A stretch of 64,000 nt of DNA from the NCBI GenBank assembly GCA_035546535.1, contig DASZWQ010000066.1:14222-78221 (forward strand). Direction: 5' to 3'. This stretch comes from Pirellulales bacterium. GTDB lineage: Bacteria > Planctomycetota > Planctomycetia > Pirellulales > JACPPG01. A program made the translations under genes and the position numbers. Shown here piece by piece: positions 38,974-49,284 of the stretch (position 1 is its first letter; each line of letters opens with the position of its first letter). The notes under the pieces were generated by a model. It saw only the letters and a list, made by a program, of their open reading frames with translations, searched no databases and was not told where the DNA came from.

Positions 38974-39262
38974 CTTTTGTCGAGAAGCGGGCCGGGTGGG
39001 TTAATGCGGCGGGGAGTTTGCTGTCGGAAGCATGCTATCGCGGGACTGGTGACTATGATGAGCCACCGATTGCCGCTCGCCAAGAGGCCCCGGCTCGCTG
39101 GTTGTGGCCCGCCGCCCGCCTGATTTGCGCAGCTTCGCGTCACCGGGGATCGGCATCGAAGGGAAGACCGCGGATCGCGCCGGGCCGCATTGACCCTCGA
39201 AAACCCTTTCGCCTAGACTCCCGCGCCCGCGGACTGCGCCCACCGCCTGTCGAGGTCATTTC

Positions 39263-40531
39263 GTGTCGCTGCGCCGCACATGGATACTACTGCCGTTGGT
39301 TTTGGCGATCGTTGCGCCCGCTTTGCGCGCCGCGCCGCCCGTTGCGCCCGACGGTGAAGCCGGAGCTACGGTCAAGGATCCGCTCGTTAAGCGAACCACG
39401 GCGCTCGTGCCTGCAACCAGCAAACCCCACGACGCCCGCCGCGCCGAAGAAGCGATCACTGCGCAGGGCGGGCTCGTCGAGCGTGTGACTACGCCCGAAG
39501 GGCGAAAGCTAACGGCCGTGTACTGGACTGGCGGTGACGAAGGGCTGGAAAACCTGCTGGCTTTGCCCGACCTGCGCTGGCTCGACTTCACGCGCACCAA
39601 GATCACGGACGACGGGTTGACGATTGTCGGGCAGCTCACGCAATTAGAAGGGCTCAAGCTCAACCAAGACCGGATCACCGATGCCGGCCTGGCCCACCTG
39701 CGCTCGCTCACCAGGCTGGAAGCGCTGTCGCTGTTGGGCACAAAGATCACGATCGCGGGGCTCGATCATCTCACGCCACTCAACAAGCTGCGGATATTGA
39801 ATCTCAATTGGACGCCGATCGGGGACGAGGGAGTGAAGAAAGTCGTCGCGCTGCAGCCGCAGCTCGAAGAGCTGTTTCTGTACGACACCAAAGTCACCGA
39901 TGCGGGCCTGGTGCATCTGGCTCCCATGCATCGCTTGAAATCGCTGAAACTGACTTGGAACGAAATTACTGACGCGGGCCTGGTCCACTTGCTCAAGCTG
40001 CCGCGGCTGGAAATCCTGATCCTCAACGGCACGCAAGTGACCGACGAAGGCATGAAGCTGCTCAAGGCCATGCCGCAGCTCAAGCAGGTGTACCTGATCG
40101 AAACCGGCATCACCGACGAGGGGGCGCGCGAGCTGTCGAAGCTGTGGAACCTATCGCGGCTGGACCTGTCGAATACTCCGGTCACCGACGCCGGCATGGC
40201 CTACCTGGCGAACCTGACGCGCTTGGAAATGTTGCTGATCAACGGCACCGACGTGACGAGCGTCGGCCTGCAGGCCCTGGCGCCGCTCACGCACCTGGGC
40301 TTTCTCAGCGTGGCCGGCACGAAGATCGACGACGCGGCCATGCCCACGATCGGCCGCATGCGCGAACTGGAAGTTCTGAGCCTCGATGAAACCCCCATCA
40401 CCGACGCGGGCTCGGCCGTGCTCGATCAACTGTCACACTTGCACGCGCTGAGCGTGCGCAACACGCAGATTTCCGCCGAGCGCATTGATGAATTGGCGCG
40501 CGATCGGCCGGAGATGGAGATTCTCAGGTAA
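39263..40531 (+). CDS. secreted leucine-rich repeat protein
   Basis: Signal peptide MSLRRTWILLPLVLAIVAPALRA. About 12 repeats of about 24-25 aa of type L..L..L.L..T.ITDAGLxHL. Confidence 0.8.
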   Translation: MSLRRTWILLPLVLAIVAPALRAAPPVAPDGEAGATVKDPLVKRTTALVPATSKPHDARRAEEAITAQGGLVERVTTPEGRKLTAVYWTGGDEGLENLLALPDLRWLDFTRTKITDDGLTIVGQLTQLEGLKLNQDRITDAGLAHLRSLTRLEALSLLGTKITIAGLDHLTPLNKLRILNLNWTPIGDEGVKKVVALQPQLEELFLYDTKVTDAGLVHLAPMHRLKSLKLTWNEITDAGLVHLLKLPRLEILILNGTQVTDEGMKLLKAMPQLKQVYLIETGITDEGARELSKLWNLSRLDLSNTPVTDAGMAYLANLTRLEMLLINGTDVTSVGLQALAPLTHLGFLSVAGTKIDDAAMPTIGRMRELEVLSLDETPITDAGSAVLDQLSHLHALSVRNTQISAERIDELARDRPEMEILR

Positions 40532-40597
40532 CCTCGGGGCGATCAGAACGCCCTTTCTTAGAACAAACCCGAGTCACAGAGCCCGGCTTCAGAGGAT

Positions 40598-41926
40598 ATG
40601 GACATACGACGCTCAAATCATCGTTTCCGATCGGAATGGCCGTCGAAATCCTGCGCGGCGATCGTCGTGATAGCGGTCATGGCGACATCGGCTCGCGGTG
40701 CCGATTGGCCTCAATTTCGCGGGCCGGACGGCCAAGGGCATTCGCCAGAACAAAACCTGCCGCTTACGTGGAGCGAGAACGAAAACGTGGCCTGGAAGAC
40801 GCCACTAGCCGGGACGGGTTGGTCGTCACCGGTCATTCGCGGCCGCTTGATCTGGCTGACGACAACCATCGAACAAGAAGGATCCTTGCGGGCCATCTGC
40901 GTCGACGCGCTGACGGGTCAATTGTTGCGCGACGTGGAAGTATTTCGCAAAGCCGACCTGGGACCGATCAATCCGAAAAATACCCACGCCTCGCCCTCGC
41001 CGGTAATCGACGGCGATCGATTGTTCGTTCATTTCGGCGCGCATGGCACGGCGTGCCTGTCGCTGCGCGGAGAAATCCTGTGGCGCAACGAAGATATCAA
41101 GTACGACCATGCGCACGGCCCGGCAGGCTCCCCGGTCGTGTGGCGCGACCTGGTGATCGTGAATTGCGACGGCGCCGATACGCAGGCCGTCGTAGCTCTC
41201 GATCGGCAAACGGGACAGGTCCGCTGGCGCGCCCCGCGCGAAGGAAAGGTCGGCTATGCCACTCCCTTGATTGCCAAGGTCGATGGCGCCGATCAGCTCA
41301 TCAGCCCGGGCGGCGGGCAGGTCACCGCGTACGCGCCAGCCACGGGGCAGGAAATCTGGCGCTTTCGCCACAGTGGCGACTCGATCGTGCTGCGACCGGT
41401 TGTCGATCACGGGCTGGTTTTCGTATCGAGCGGTTATGGCACGCTCGGTTTCTACGCGATCGACGCCAGGTCGCGCGGCGAGATCGCGACGGCCGACTGC
41501 GCCTGGACATTGCGCCGCGGCGTGCCGTTCGACCCGTCGCCACTCATCGTGGGCGACGAGTTGTACCTGGTCAGCGATCAAGGCGTGGTCAGTTGCCTGG
41601 ATGCCAAGACCGGCAAGCAGCGCTGGCAATTGCGGCTGCGCGGCGCGTTCTCGGCTTCACCGCTGTTGGCCGAGGGACGGATCTACATCACCAGCGAAGA
41701 GGGCCTGACCACGGTGCTCGCTCCGGGCAAATCCGCCAAGAAGCTGGCCGAAAACCAGATCGACGGACGCGTCATGGCGTCGCTGGCCACTTCCGACAGC
41801 GCAATCTTCCTGCGCACCGATGCGGCGCTGTACCGACTGCAACTGGCGGGCGGATCGCCGGCGCCAAGTAAGCCAGTCGCTTCGCGCGACAAGCCGCGCG
41901 TAACGCCCGATCGGATAGCGCGTTGA
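40598..41926 (+). CDS. PQQ-like (BamB-like) beta-propeller repeat protein, secreted
   Basis: AGAGGA RBS. GADWPQFRGPDGQGHS after the signal segment. Repeated ...SPVI.G..I... blades. Confidence 0.8.
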   Translation: MDIRRSNHRFRSEWPSKSCAAIVVIAVMATSARGADWPQFRGPDGQGHSPEQNLPLTWSENENVAWKTPLAGTGWSSPVIRGRLIWLTTTIEQEGSLRAICVDALTGQLLRDVEVFRKADLGPINPKNTHASPSPVIDGDRLFVHFGAHGTACLSLRGEILWRNEDIKYDHAHGPAGSPVVWRDLVIVNCDGADTQAVVALDRQTGQVRWRAPREGKVGYATPLIAKVDGADQLISPGGGQVTAYAPATGQEIWRFRHSGDSIVLRPVVDHGLVFVSSGYGTLGFYAIDARSRGEIATADCAWTLRRGVPFDPSPLIVGDELYLVSDQGVVSCLDAKTGKQRWQLRLRGAFSASPLLAEGRIYITSEEGLTTVLAPGKSAKKLAENQIDGRVMASLATSDSAIFLRTDAALYRLQLAGGSPAPSKPVASRDKPRVTPDRIAR

Positions 41927-42116
41927 AGTCGAGGTGGGTGCCGTGCTGTTCGCCGCAGGTGATAAGCATGCGACAATTTACGTTACGCCCGGATTCGCAG
42001 GCTTGCCCGGCAGCGGTGTCCCAACGAGAACCAACATGCTTATTCGCCTTCGGCGAAAAGGCATGGCACACGGGAAACAAGATGGGATCGGCGCTGCGTC
42101 GTTACGCGGGCGCTAG

Positions 42117-43067
42117 CTACGCTCCGCTCGATCCGCGCACCCATTGCACGCGCGGCTGGCCGCCGTCGCCGCGAAGGAATTCCGACACGTAGCGCAGCTT
42201 CTCGCGACGCTCGGGCACGGTGAAGTTGTCCCCCTTTTGCAGAATCGGCCGCTTTTCGTCGATGCCGCCGAAGGACCGCGCACCGGCCGCCTGGCAAGGG
42301 AACCAGTGCCCTTTGCCTTCGCCATCTTCGAGATAAAACTCGGGATAGCAATGCCCAGGTACCCACACGGTGCGCGCTGGCACGCCGATGTCGCGGCACA
42401 GCGCAATGAACAGTGACGTCAGCTCTTCGCAATCCCCCTTACCGTCATTGAGGGCGGCCAGCGCGCCGCGCAGGGGGCCATTCACGTACTTTACGTGCTC
42501 GCGGACCCAATCGTAGATCGCTTCGACTTTCTCCCACGCCCCCTCCTGGTCGGCCGTGATCTCTTTCGCCAGGGCGCGAATCTTGGGGTTCGTGGTTTCG
42601 ATCTTCGGACTTTGCGCCAGATATTGCCGCACGCCGCGGGCCAGCTTCTTGGGGATGACGAATTCGTCGGTGTTCTTCGGCGGCAAAATGGTAAAGCGCG
42701 AAATCTCGAGCACCACCACCACGCGTGCCTTTTCATTGGCCGGGAGCAGCGGAATATTAACGACCATCTGCTTGATCGTGCCGCCACCCGCCTCACGATA
42801 CTGGACCCGCTTGGCGGCAGGATCAAAATCCTCCTGCATTACGCGCACTTCCTGCTCGGGCCAGTCGATGGGTACCGGCGCGGTGCCGATCAGGTCCGTA
42901 CACGGTTCACTGCCAGCTGTGATGATCATGCCGACTTCGTACTTGTTGACGAACTCCTGGCCGCGCTGCGGCCCTTTGTCGTCAACCTCGCCGAATTGAG
43001 CGCGCGCCGTCGCGCACGCGATGCCACAGAGCAAGGCGGCCAGGCAAGCGATACGCAATGGTCGCAC
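42117..43067 (-). CDS. transglutaminase-like domain protein, secreted
   Basis: Signal peptide MRPLRIACLAALLCGIACATARA. Core GKGDCEELTSLFIALCRDIGVPARTVWVPGHCYPEFY. Confidence 0.8.
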   Translation of the reverse strand: MRPLRIACLAALLCGIACATARAQFGEVDDKGPQRGQEFVNKYEVGMIITAGSEPCTDLIGTAPVPIDWPEQEVRVMQEDFDPAAKRVQYREAGGGTIKQMVVNIPLLPANEKARVVVVLEISRFTILPPKNTDEFVIPKKLARGVRQYLAQSPKIETTNPKIRALAKEITADQEGAWEKVEAIYDWVREHVKYVNGPLRGALAALNDGKGDCEELTSLFIALCRDIGVPARTVWVPGHCYPEFYLEDGEGKGHWFPCQAAGARSFGGIDEKRPILQKGDNFTVPERREKLRYVSEFLRGDGGQPRVQWVRGSSGA

Positions 43068-43243
43068 CGTTGTGACTCCAACGACGGGAATGCGGCCTCC
43101 GCTGCCAGAAATGCTGAATACCGATCAGGCGGGGTTTTCACCCCGGGCATGACCTTTCTCTAGTGTACACTGCCGCCCGGAATGAACAGGGGCCGGCGAA
43201 CCCTTAAAAATAGCCGGATGGCGACCGTCGGGCGGCACGACCG

Positions 43244-43528
43244 TCAGTCCACCAGCACATCCGCCAGGCGCGAAATGCCGACCACTTCCCGCAGGTTGAT
43301 CCAGGCGCGGCCACGGTTGGGGCGGATGCCGTGCAAGCGGCAATCGAGTACGTACTTTTCTCGCGTCGTTTGCGTGTCGCGCAAGTCGTGGACGTCGACG
43401 CTTTGCAGTTCCAGGAAGTCGGCGCCAGCAGTCAACAGCCGGCCAAGCACGACATAATGGCTGGCCAGGTCGAGCACCACTTCGTGCCCGGCGAGTTGCG
43501 ACCAGAGCGATTCTTCCGACTGCGACAT
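43244..43528 (-). CDS. small hypothetical protein (94 aa)
   Basis: ATG start with protein-like composition. Beta-rich pattern HEVVLDLASHYVVLGRLLTAGADFLELQSVDVHDL. Confidence 0.5.
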   Translation of the reverse strand: MSQSEESLWSQLAGHEVVLDLASHYVVLGRLLTAGADFLELQSVDVHDLRDTQTTREKYVLDCRLHGIRPNRGRAWINLREVVGISRLADVLVD

Positions 43529-43766
43529 GATGAACCAGGTTCCGGAACGATTGTCGTCGAGACAATGGCCGCTCGAAGAAGCACGATCGCCTCCTGCCCG
43601 GGCGATGGTGCTCGGCCCGCGGAGCGAATGCTAGCGTCCCCTTCAACGTTACCCGCTTGAGGCAAGGCAGGCAAACGGGGTATGGCGCCGGACGCCCGCC
43701 GTTCCCATGTGCAACAAGTTCGCATTGACGGCAGCCGTGGCATCCCGTACTGTTCCCGCCCAAATC

Positions 43767-44867
43767 ATGTCTCGGCGAATCTGGCCTATTCTCACTTATT
43801 GCCTGTGGCCGCTGGCGCTGGTGCATGCTGACGATACTTCCTTGAAAGTATCGCCGCAGCCGGGCGTGGTACTGCTGCGCAATGGCCAGGTTCTCTCGGG
43901 CAAGGTGACCGAGGCGGGCGAAGAGTACTACGTAACGCTGCCGAGCGGTGAAATCCGCTTGAAGGCGAGCCAGGTAGAGCTCGTGTGCCGCGACTTGCGC
44001 GAGGGATACGAGCGAAAGCGCTCGCGCATCGATCCCGCGAAAGTCCAGGATCATCTTGACCTGGCCATGTGGTGCATTTGGCAAAAGCTGTTCGACGAGG
44101 CGTCGCGCGAAGTTGCCGAGGCCCGCTCGCTCAACGAACGCCATCCGCGCATCGTGCTCGTCGAGAGGCAGTTGAAACTGGCGCAGGAACAGCCACTGCA
44201 CAACGATCATAAGGCCGACGCCGGCAACGGCCCCACGACCGAGGATCTTGACCGCCTGATGCGCGGAATGCCGCCCGGCACGATCGAAACGTTTGCCAAC
44301 ACGATTCAGCCGCTGTTGCTCAACACTTGCGCCAGCGGCGGCTGTCATGGGGCGCAGACCGAAAGCCAACTGCGGTTGCTGCGGACACAATTGGGTAAAA
44401 CGTCGAGTCGGCGCTTCACCCAGCGCAATCTGCACGCAATCGTGGAACTGATCGACCGGTCGGACCCGCCGGCCAGCCCGATTTTGACGATTCCGGTCGG
44501 GCCGCATGGGAACGCCAAGGCGGCGATCTTCACGAACAAGGACGTGGCGCAGTATCGCCAGTTGGTGAATTGGGTGATGCGCGTCGCCAACGGCACGGCC
44601 GAGCAGCCCCAAACCGTGGAAAAACCCGACGATAATTTGCTGCAACAACTGCCACAGGCCGGCAAGCCAGCAGGCGCGGCGACGGCGCCGAATTCCCTGC
44701 TCACTGGCGAGACGGGCACGGCGGCTGGCGGCAAATCGCTTTCAACGGTGCCAAAACTCACGGACAAAAAACCTGTCCGGCGCGTGGTGACGGCGGCGCC
44801 CGAAACGCCCGAGGACCCGTTCGCCCCCGAGGCGTTCAACGCGAAGTACCATCCGCGCGACGATTAG
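43767..44867 (+). CDS. secreted hypothetical protein with PSCyt-like segment carrying CX4CH
   Basis: Signal peptide MSRRIWPILTYCLWPLALVHA. TIQPLLLNTCASGGCHGAQTESQLRLL resembles the planctomycete cytochrome-c domain but has four residues between the cysteines. Confidence 0.6.
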   Translation: MSRRIWPILTYCLWPLALVHADDTSLKVSPQPGVVLLRNGQVLSGKVTEAGEEYYVTLPSGEIRLKASQVELVCRDLREGYERKRSRIDPAKVQDHLDLAMWCIWQKLFDEASREVAEARSLNERHPRIVLVERQLKLAQEQPLHNDHKADAGNGPTTEDLDRLMRGMPPGTIETFANTIQPLLLNTCASGGCHGAQTESQLRLLRTQLGKTSSRRFTQRNLHAIVELIDRSDPPASPILTIPVGPHGNAKAAIFTNKDVAQYRQLVNWVMRVANGTAEQPQTVEKPDDNLLQQLPQAGKPAGAATAPNSLLTGETGTAAGGKSLSTVPKLTDKKPVRRVVTAAPETPEDPFAPEAFNAKYHPRDD

Positions 44868-45277
44868 CGGAGGTTGATCGCGCCGGCGCGGATGTGACGC
44901 AAGAACTCGCGGTTGCTTTCCAGCAATTCCTCTAGCGAGTCCATCTCAGCCATCGTCAGCCAATGGACGCTGGCTACCTCGGCCGGATTCGGAACGAGAG
45001 GCGCCGTGTGATCGAGGTCGGCCAGCCACCAGGCCAGCTCGACGCCCCATGGCGTGACACTCTGCCATAGGCGGCGTTGCGGTTCGACGGTTGCTCCCAA
45101 TTCCTCGCGTAGTTCGCGCACCAGGGCGAGCTCTTCGCTTTCGGCTTCCTCGATACCACCGCCAGGGAAGCAGTATTTGCCGGGCGCCGCGATTCCCTCG
45201 GCGCGGCGAATGACCAATAGCGCCTCATCCCGCGTGATCACTGCCACGACACCGCGGCGAAGCGCCTTTTCAGACAT
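44864..45277 (-). CDS. NUDIX hydrolase
   Basis: Nudix box [26 protein letters not shown] 45277 overlaps the STAS stop (ATGTCTGA). Confidence 0.8.
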   Translation of the reverse strand: MSEKALRRGVVAVITRDEALLVIRRAEGIAAPGKYCFPGGGIEEAESEELALVRELREELGATVEPQRRLWQSVTPWGVELAWWLADLDHTAPLVPNPAEVASVHWLTMAEMDSLEELLESNREFLRHIRAGAINLR

Positions 45278-45626
45278 GGTCGCCCAGAGCTTTTTCGCGA
45301 GCACACTTTTCGTCGGGCGAGAGGTGCAGAACCTCGTCCATGTGCAGCACCTTGAGGACGTCGAGAATAATGGTCGGAATCGAGTGTACGACGATCATGC
45401 CGCCGGCCTGGCGAAAGCGGCGATGGCACTTCAGCAGCCAGCCGACGCCGCGCGAGTCGAGGTAATCGGCTCCCGCCAGGCTGAGCACGAGTCGCTCGGC
45501 GTAGATATTATCGCCAAAGCGCACGGCCAAGGGTTCGTCTTCGGACATGAAGGCGCTTTGCGTGATGCGGCCCGAAGCATTGACGCTCTTTACAGGGCCG
45601 TCGTTGGACAATACTTCCAGGCGCAT
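45270..45626 (-). CDS. STAS-domain protein (anti-sigma-factor antagonist-like)
   Basis: 118 aa. [20 protein letters not shown]...[26 protein letters not shown] is a typical SpoIIAA-like pattern. Confidence 0.75.
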   Translation of the reverse strand: MRLEVLSNDGPVKSVNASGRITQSAFMSEDEPLAVRFGDNIYAERLVLSLAGADYLDSRGVGWLLKCHRRFRQAGGMIVVHSIPTIILDVLKVLHMDEVLHLSPDEKCAREKALGDHV

Positions 45627-46028
45627 GGCCACACATTCTCCCTGCAGATAAGCTCTGCAATTCTGTCGCAGCAGGGTCACGCGTGCCGACTCATCTTGAG
45701 TCGCGCGAAGAGCCAGGAGGCCGCCTGGTTCAACCGGCCCGTAGCCGCTCCCCTATTAACCCTGGCTGGCAGTTCAGGCCCGATTATGGGCGCGCAAGCG
45801 AGCTTCGGTCCAGTATCCCTGTTTGGCAGCGACGAAACTGTCTCGGATCGAGCGGAATGCCGCGGTTGGACTGCCTTGACCTCGCAATCGAACAACTTCG
45901 GTTTATACGGTACAATTCGACAGGTCCGCGTGGAATCAGCCGGCGGACGCCCCCCGTCTGCCAACCGCGCGGGCACGGACGTTGGCCGTCGACGAGTTTT
46001 GTGCCCGCACTCCAGAGGCTCTTTGAGA

Positions 46029-48017
46029 ATGGATCAGCAGCGTACGCCTGGCGGTCCGGCCGCCCCCCAGAAACCCCTCCCGCCGCGTCCCCGGCCAGCC
46101 GCCTTTTGGTTGATTTTGCCGCTCATCGTGACCGGCATGATGCTCGTGTTCTATTACACGGGCGAACAAAACAAGCGGTCGAAGATCAACTACGGCTTCT
46201 TCCTGGAAGAGCTAAAAAAGAACAACGTTGCGGAGGTGGTCGCCAACGGCGCCAGGATTCGCGGCACGTTCAAGAAGACTCCCGAGCTGCCGGCAGAGGA
46301 AACCGCCAAGAGTGGGCAAAAGGCGGCGGCGCTCAAGCAGGAGTTCTACACCGATCTACCCAGCGTGGGTACGGATCTCGACAAGCTGTTGTACGACAAG
46401 CTCGGCCCGCGCTATGCCGCCGAAGAAATTAACGACGGCACGGTCATGTTCATGCTGTTCTACCTCGGCATAACGGTGCTCTTGCTGGTCGTGATGTGGG
46501 CCATGTATCGCCGCGCGCGCGATCAGTTCATGGGAGGCGGCATCCTGGCGGGCTTCAGCAAGAGCCCTGCCAAGCGCTACGAACTAGGTAAGAAGCGCAT
46601 CACCTTTGCCGACGTTGCCGGCCTGGAAGGGGTCAAGCAAGACTTGACCGAGGTCGTCGAATTCCTGAAGAACCCGCAGAAATTCCAGCGCCTCGGCGGA
46701 CGCATCCCGAAGGGGACGCTGCTCATGGGGCCGCCCGGCACCGGCAAGACGCTATTGGCCAAGGCCGTGGCCGGCGAGGCAAACGTGCCGTTCTTCTCGA
46801 TTTCGGGCTCGGAATTCATCCAGATGTTCGTGGGCGTTGGCGCCGGCCGCGTGCGCGACATGTTCAAGACCGCCAAAGAGTCGGCTCCCTGCATCCTGTT
46901 CATCGACGAAATCGATGCGGTCGGTCGTGTGCGCGGTGCAGGGCTCGGCGGCGGGCACGACGAACGCGAGCAGACGTTGAACCAGATCTTGAGCGAGATG
47001 GATGGTTTCAGCCCCAGCGAAGCCGTGATCGTGTTGGCCGCCACCAATCGCCCCGACGTGCTCGATCCGGCGCTCTTGCGGCCCGGTCGCTTCGACCGCC
47101 ATGTCACGGTCGATCGGCCGAATCTCAAAGCGCGCATGGCGATCTTCAAGGTCCACTGCCGCGACGTCCCTTTGGCCGACGACGTCGACCTCGAGCGGCT
47201 GGCGGGCGGCACCGTTGGATTGACCGGCGCCGATATCCGCAACCTGGTCAACGAGGCGGCGCTGTGGGCGACGCGCAAAGGGACTGACAAGGTCACGATG
47301 GACGATTTCGAAGTCGCCCGCGATAAGATCCTGATGGGTCCCAAGCGCGAGGAAGTGCTCAGCGGCAAGGAAAAGGAAATGACCGCCTATCACGAATCGG
47401 GCCATGCGCTGTTGGCCTGGATCGTGCCCGGCGGCGATCGCCTGCACAAGGTGACGATCATTCCGCGTGGCCGCGCCTTGGGCGTGACGCAACTTTTGCC
47501 GGAGGAAGACCGACTGAACATCAGCGAAACCGAGTTGCACGCCCGGCTGGTATTCATGCTCGGCGGTCGGGCCGCGGAAAAGCTGATCTTCAACGAGTAC
47601 AGCGCGGGGGCCGAAGACGACTTGAAACGGGCCACGCAACTGGCGCGGCGCATGGTCACTCACTGGGGCATGAGCGAGCGGCTGGGGCCCGTTGCGTATC
47701 GCACCAGCGAAGAACATCCGTTCCTGGGCAAGGAATTCCACGAGCAGCGCGAGTTCAGCGAGCACACGGCGCAAGTCATCGACGAAGAGGTTTCGCGCAT
47801 CCTGCACGCAGCCGGCGATCGTGCGCGAGAACTGCTGGAGGCGCATCGCGACAAGCTCGACGCGATGGCCCGACAGCTCTGTGAACGCGAAATCCTGGAC
47901 GAGAAAGAGATCGAGTCCATCATCGGCCCCTCGCCCAACCGCGCCGCGACCAACGGCCATGCGCCGCACAAGACGCCTGTCGAGCCGGTGAGTACCGATT
48001 ACTCGGCCGGTGCTTGA
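46029..48017 (+). CDS. ftsH: ATP-dependent zinc metalloprotease FtsH
   Basis: Two TM segments. Walker A GPPGTGKT, Walker [32 protein letters not shown], zinc site HESGHA. Confidence 0.95.
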   Translation: MDQQRTPGGPAAPQKPLPPRPRPAAFWLILPLIVTGMMLVFYYTGEQNKRSKINYGFFLEELKKNNVAEVVANGARIRGTFKKTPELPAEETAKSGQKAAALKQEFYTDLPSVGTDLDKLLYDKLGPRYAAEEINDGTVMFMLFYLGITVLLLVVMWAMYRRARDQFMGGGILAGFSKSPAKRYELGKKRITFADVAGLEGVKQDLTEVVEFLKNPQKFQRLGGRIPKGTLLMGPPGTGKTLLAKAVAGEANVPFFSISGSEFIQMFVGVGAGRVRDMFKTAKESAPCILFIDEIDAVGRVRGAGLGGGHDEREQTLNQILSEMDGFSPSEAVIVLAATNRPDVLDPALLRPGRFDRHVTVDRPNLKARMAIFKVHCRDVPLADDVDLERLAGGTVGLTGADIRNLVNEAALWATRKGTDKVTMDDFEVARDKILMGPKREEVLSGKEKEMTAYHESGHALLAWIVPGGDRLHKVTIIPRGRALGVTQLLPEEDRLNISETELHARLVFMLGGRAAEKLIFNEYSAGAEDDLKRATQLARRMVTHWGMSERLGPVAYRTSEEHPFLGKEFHEQREFSEHTAQVIDEEVSRILHAAGDRARELLEAHRDKLDAMARQLCEREILDEKEIESIIGPSPNRAATNGHAPHKTPVEPVSTDYSAGA

Positions 48018-48176
48018 CGCACGTCGAAAGCGCATCATCCGGGTGCTGCGTCAGTTGACGATCGTGGGATGCCAGCCTGACGCCTGCGCGAGCATGTGAC
48101 CGAGTCGCGCCCTCGCATGGGCGCGACCGCCGTGGCCGTGGCACCTCAGCGGAATTCTCTCGCCGCCGCGGCTTGC

Positions 48177-48211
48177 TTGACGAGATATCTATATGATATC
48201 ATATTGATATA
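48177..48211 (+). promoter_or_regulatory. AT-rich promoter/operator candidate upstream of the SPFH gene
   Basis: TTGACG (48177-48182), 17 nt, then CATATT. 14-bp perfect palindrome ATATGATATCATAT (48191-48204). Three GATAT(C/A) units at 11-nt spacing. A striking AT island in a GC-rich genome. Confidence 0.4.
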
Positions 48212-48239
48212 CGTCACTACAGCAAAGGGGAGCAGATCC

Positions 48240-49193
48240 ATGATCACGGAAAAGCAGCTTCGACCGACCAGCGGCTGGTATCCGCTGGTGATTTGCCTGG
48301 GACTCGTTGCCGGAGCGGTGGCGCTCTTCGTCGCTACCATCGCGACGCATCCGCGTGGCCCAGTCCCGGCTTGGCCCTTCCTGCTGGCGGCGCCCATGAT
48401 CATTGCGGCATTCGTGATGTTGTTCGGATTTCAGGCCGTGGCGCCGAACAACGCGCGGGCATTGCTGCTATTCGGGGACTACCAGGGGTCGATCACGGAG
48501 TCGGGCTTTTACTGGGTCAATCCTTTCTTCTCCAAGAAAAAGATCTCGCTACGTGTGCGCAATTTTGAAACAGGTTCGATCATGACGCCCGAGACGAAGG
48601 ACGCTGCCGGCAAAATCCTGCAAGGAAAGTCCCGCACCTCGGGCCGGCCGTCGAAGGTCAACGACCGCGACGGCAACCCTGTCGATATTTCGGCCGTGGT
48701 CGTGTGGAAGGTGGTCGATACGGCCGAGGCACTGTTCGAGGTCGACGATTACGAAGACTTCGTGGCCGTGCAAAGTGAAGCGGCGCTGCGCAGCCTGGCC
48801 AGCCGGCATCCCTACGACAGCGAAGAGCACGAAATCTCGCTGCGCAAGAATATCGTCGAAATCGGCGAACAATTACGGGCCGACATTCAGGAACGTTTGA
48901 ACAAGGCGGGGGTCAGCGTCTTGGAAGCCCGCATCAGCCACCTGGCGTACGCTCCCGAGATTGCGGCGGCGATGCTCCAGCGGCAGCAGGCACAGGCGGT
49001 CGTGGCGGCGAGGACGAAAATCGTCGAAGGGGCGGTGGGAATGGTGCAGATGGCACTTGAGCACCTGTCGCGCGATAACGTTGTGGAACTCGACACCGAA
49101 CGCCGCGCCGCCATGGTCTCGAATCTGCTGGTTGTGCTATGCAGCGATCGCCACACGCAGCCGGTCGTGAACACCGGCACGATCTATCACTGA
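48240..49193 (+). CDS. SPFH/band-7 domain membrane protein
   Basis: ATG 48240 preceded by AAAGGGGA. Two N-terminal TM segments, then an SPFH-like core (…VSVLEARISHLAYAPEIAAAMLQRQQAQAVVAAR…). Confidence 0.85.
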   Translation: MITEKQLRPTSGWYPLVICLGLVAGAVALFVATIATHPRGPVPAWPFLLAAPMIIAAFVMLFGFQAVAPNNARALLLFGDYQGSITESGFYWVNPFFSKKKISLRVRNFETGSIMTPETKDAAGKILQGKSRTSGRPSKVNDRDGNPVDISAVVVWKVVDTAEALFEVDDYEDFVAVQSEAALRSLASRHPYDSEEHEISLRKNIVEIGEQLRADIQERLNKAGVSVLEARISHLAYAPEIAAAMLQRQQAQAVVAARTKIVEGAVGMVQMALEHLSRDNVVELDTERRAAMVSNLLVVLCSDRHTQPVVNTGTIYH

Positions 49194-49284
49194 TCCGTAT
49201 TCGACCGTAGTCGCGGCGCCTTCCAGTTTTGCATTGCTGTTGCGTTGATTAGGGCTGATCTTTCGAAAACCGACGGAGTGGCGC

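Noticed and set aside
40636-41871. 411-aa same-strand alternative-frame ORF inside the PQQ-propeller gene
   Set aside because: It is an Arg-rich frame-shifted shadow. The 40598 frame has the signal segment, an RBS and propeller motifs.
43125-44648. 507-aa ORF on the minus strand
   Set aside because: It is antisense to the secreted protein gene at 43767-44867 and out of frame with the 94-aa gene. The Arg-rich composition is not protein-like.
45054-46028. 325-codon N-terminal extension of the ftsH ORF
   Set aside because: The extension runs antisense through the NUDIX and STAS genes and across the intergenic region. FtsH-like sequence with TM1 begins only after ATG 46029.
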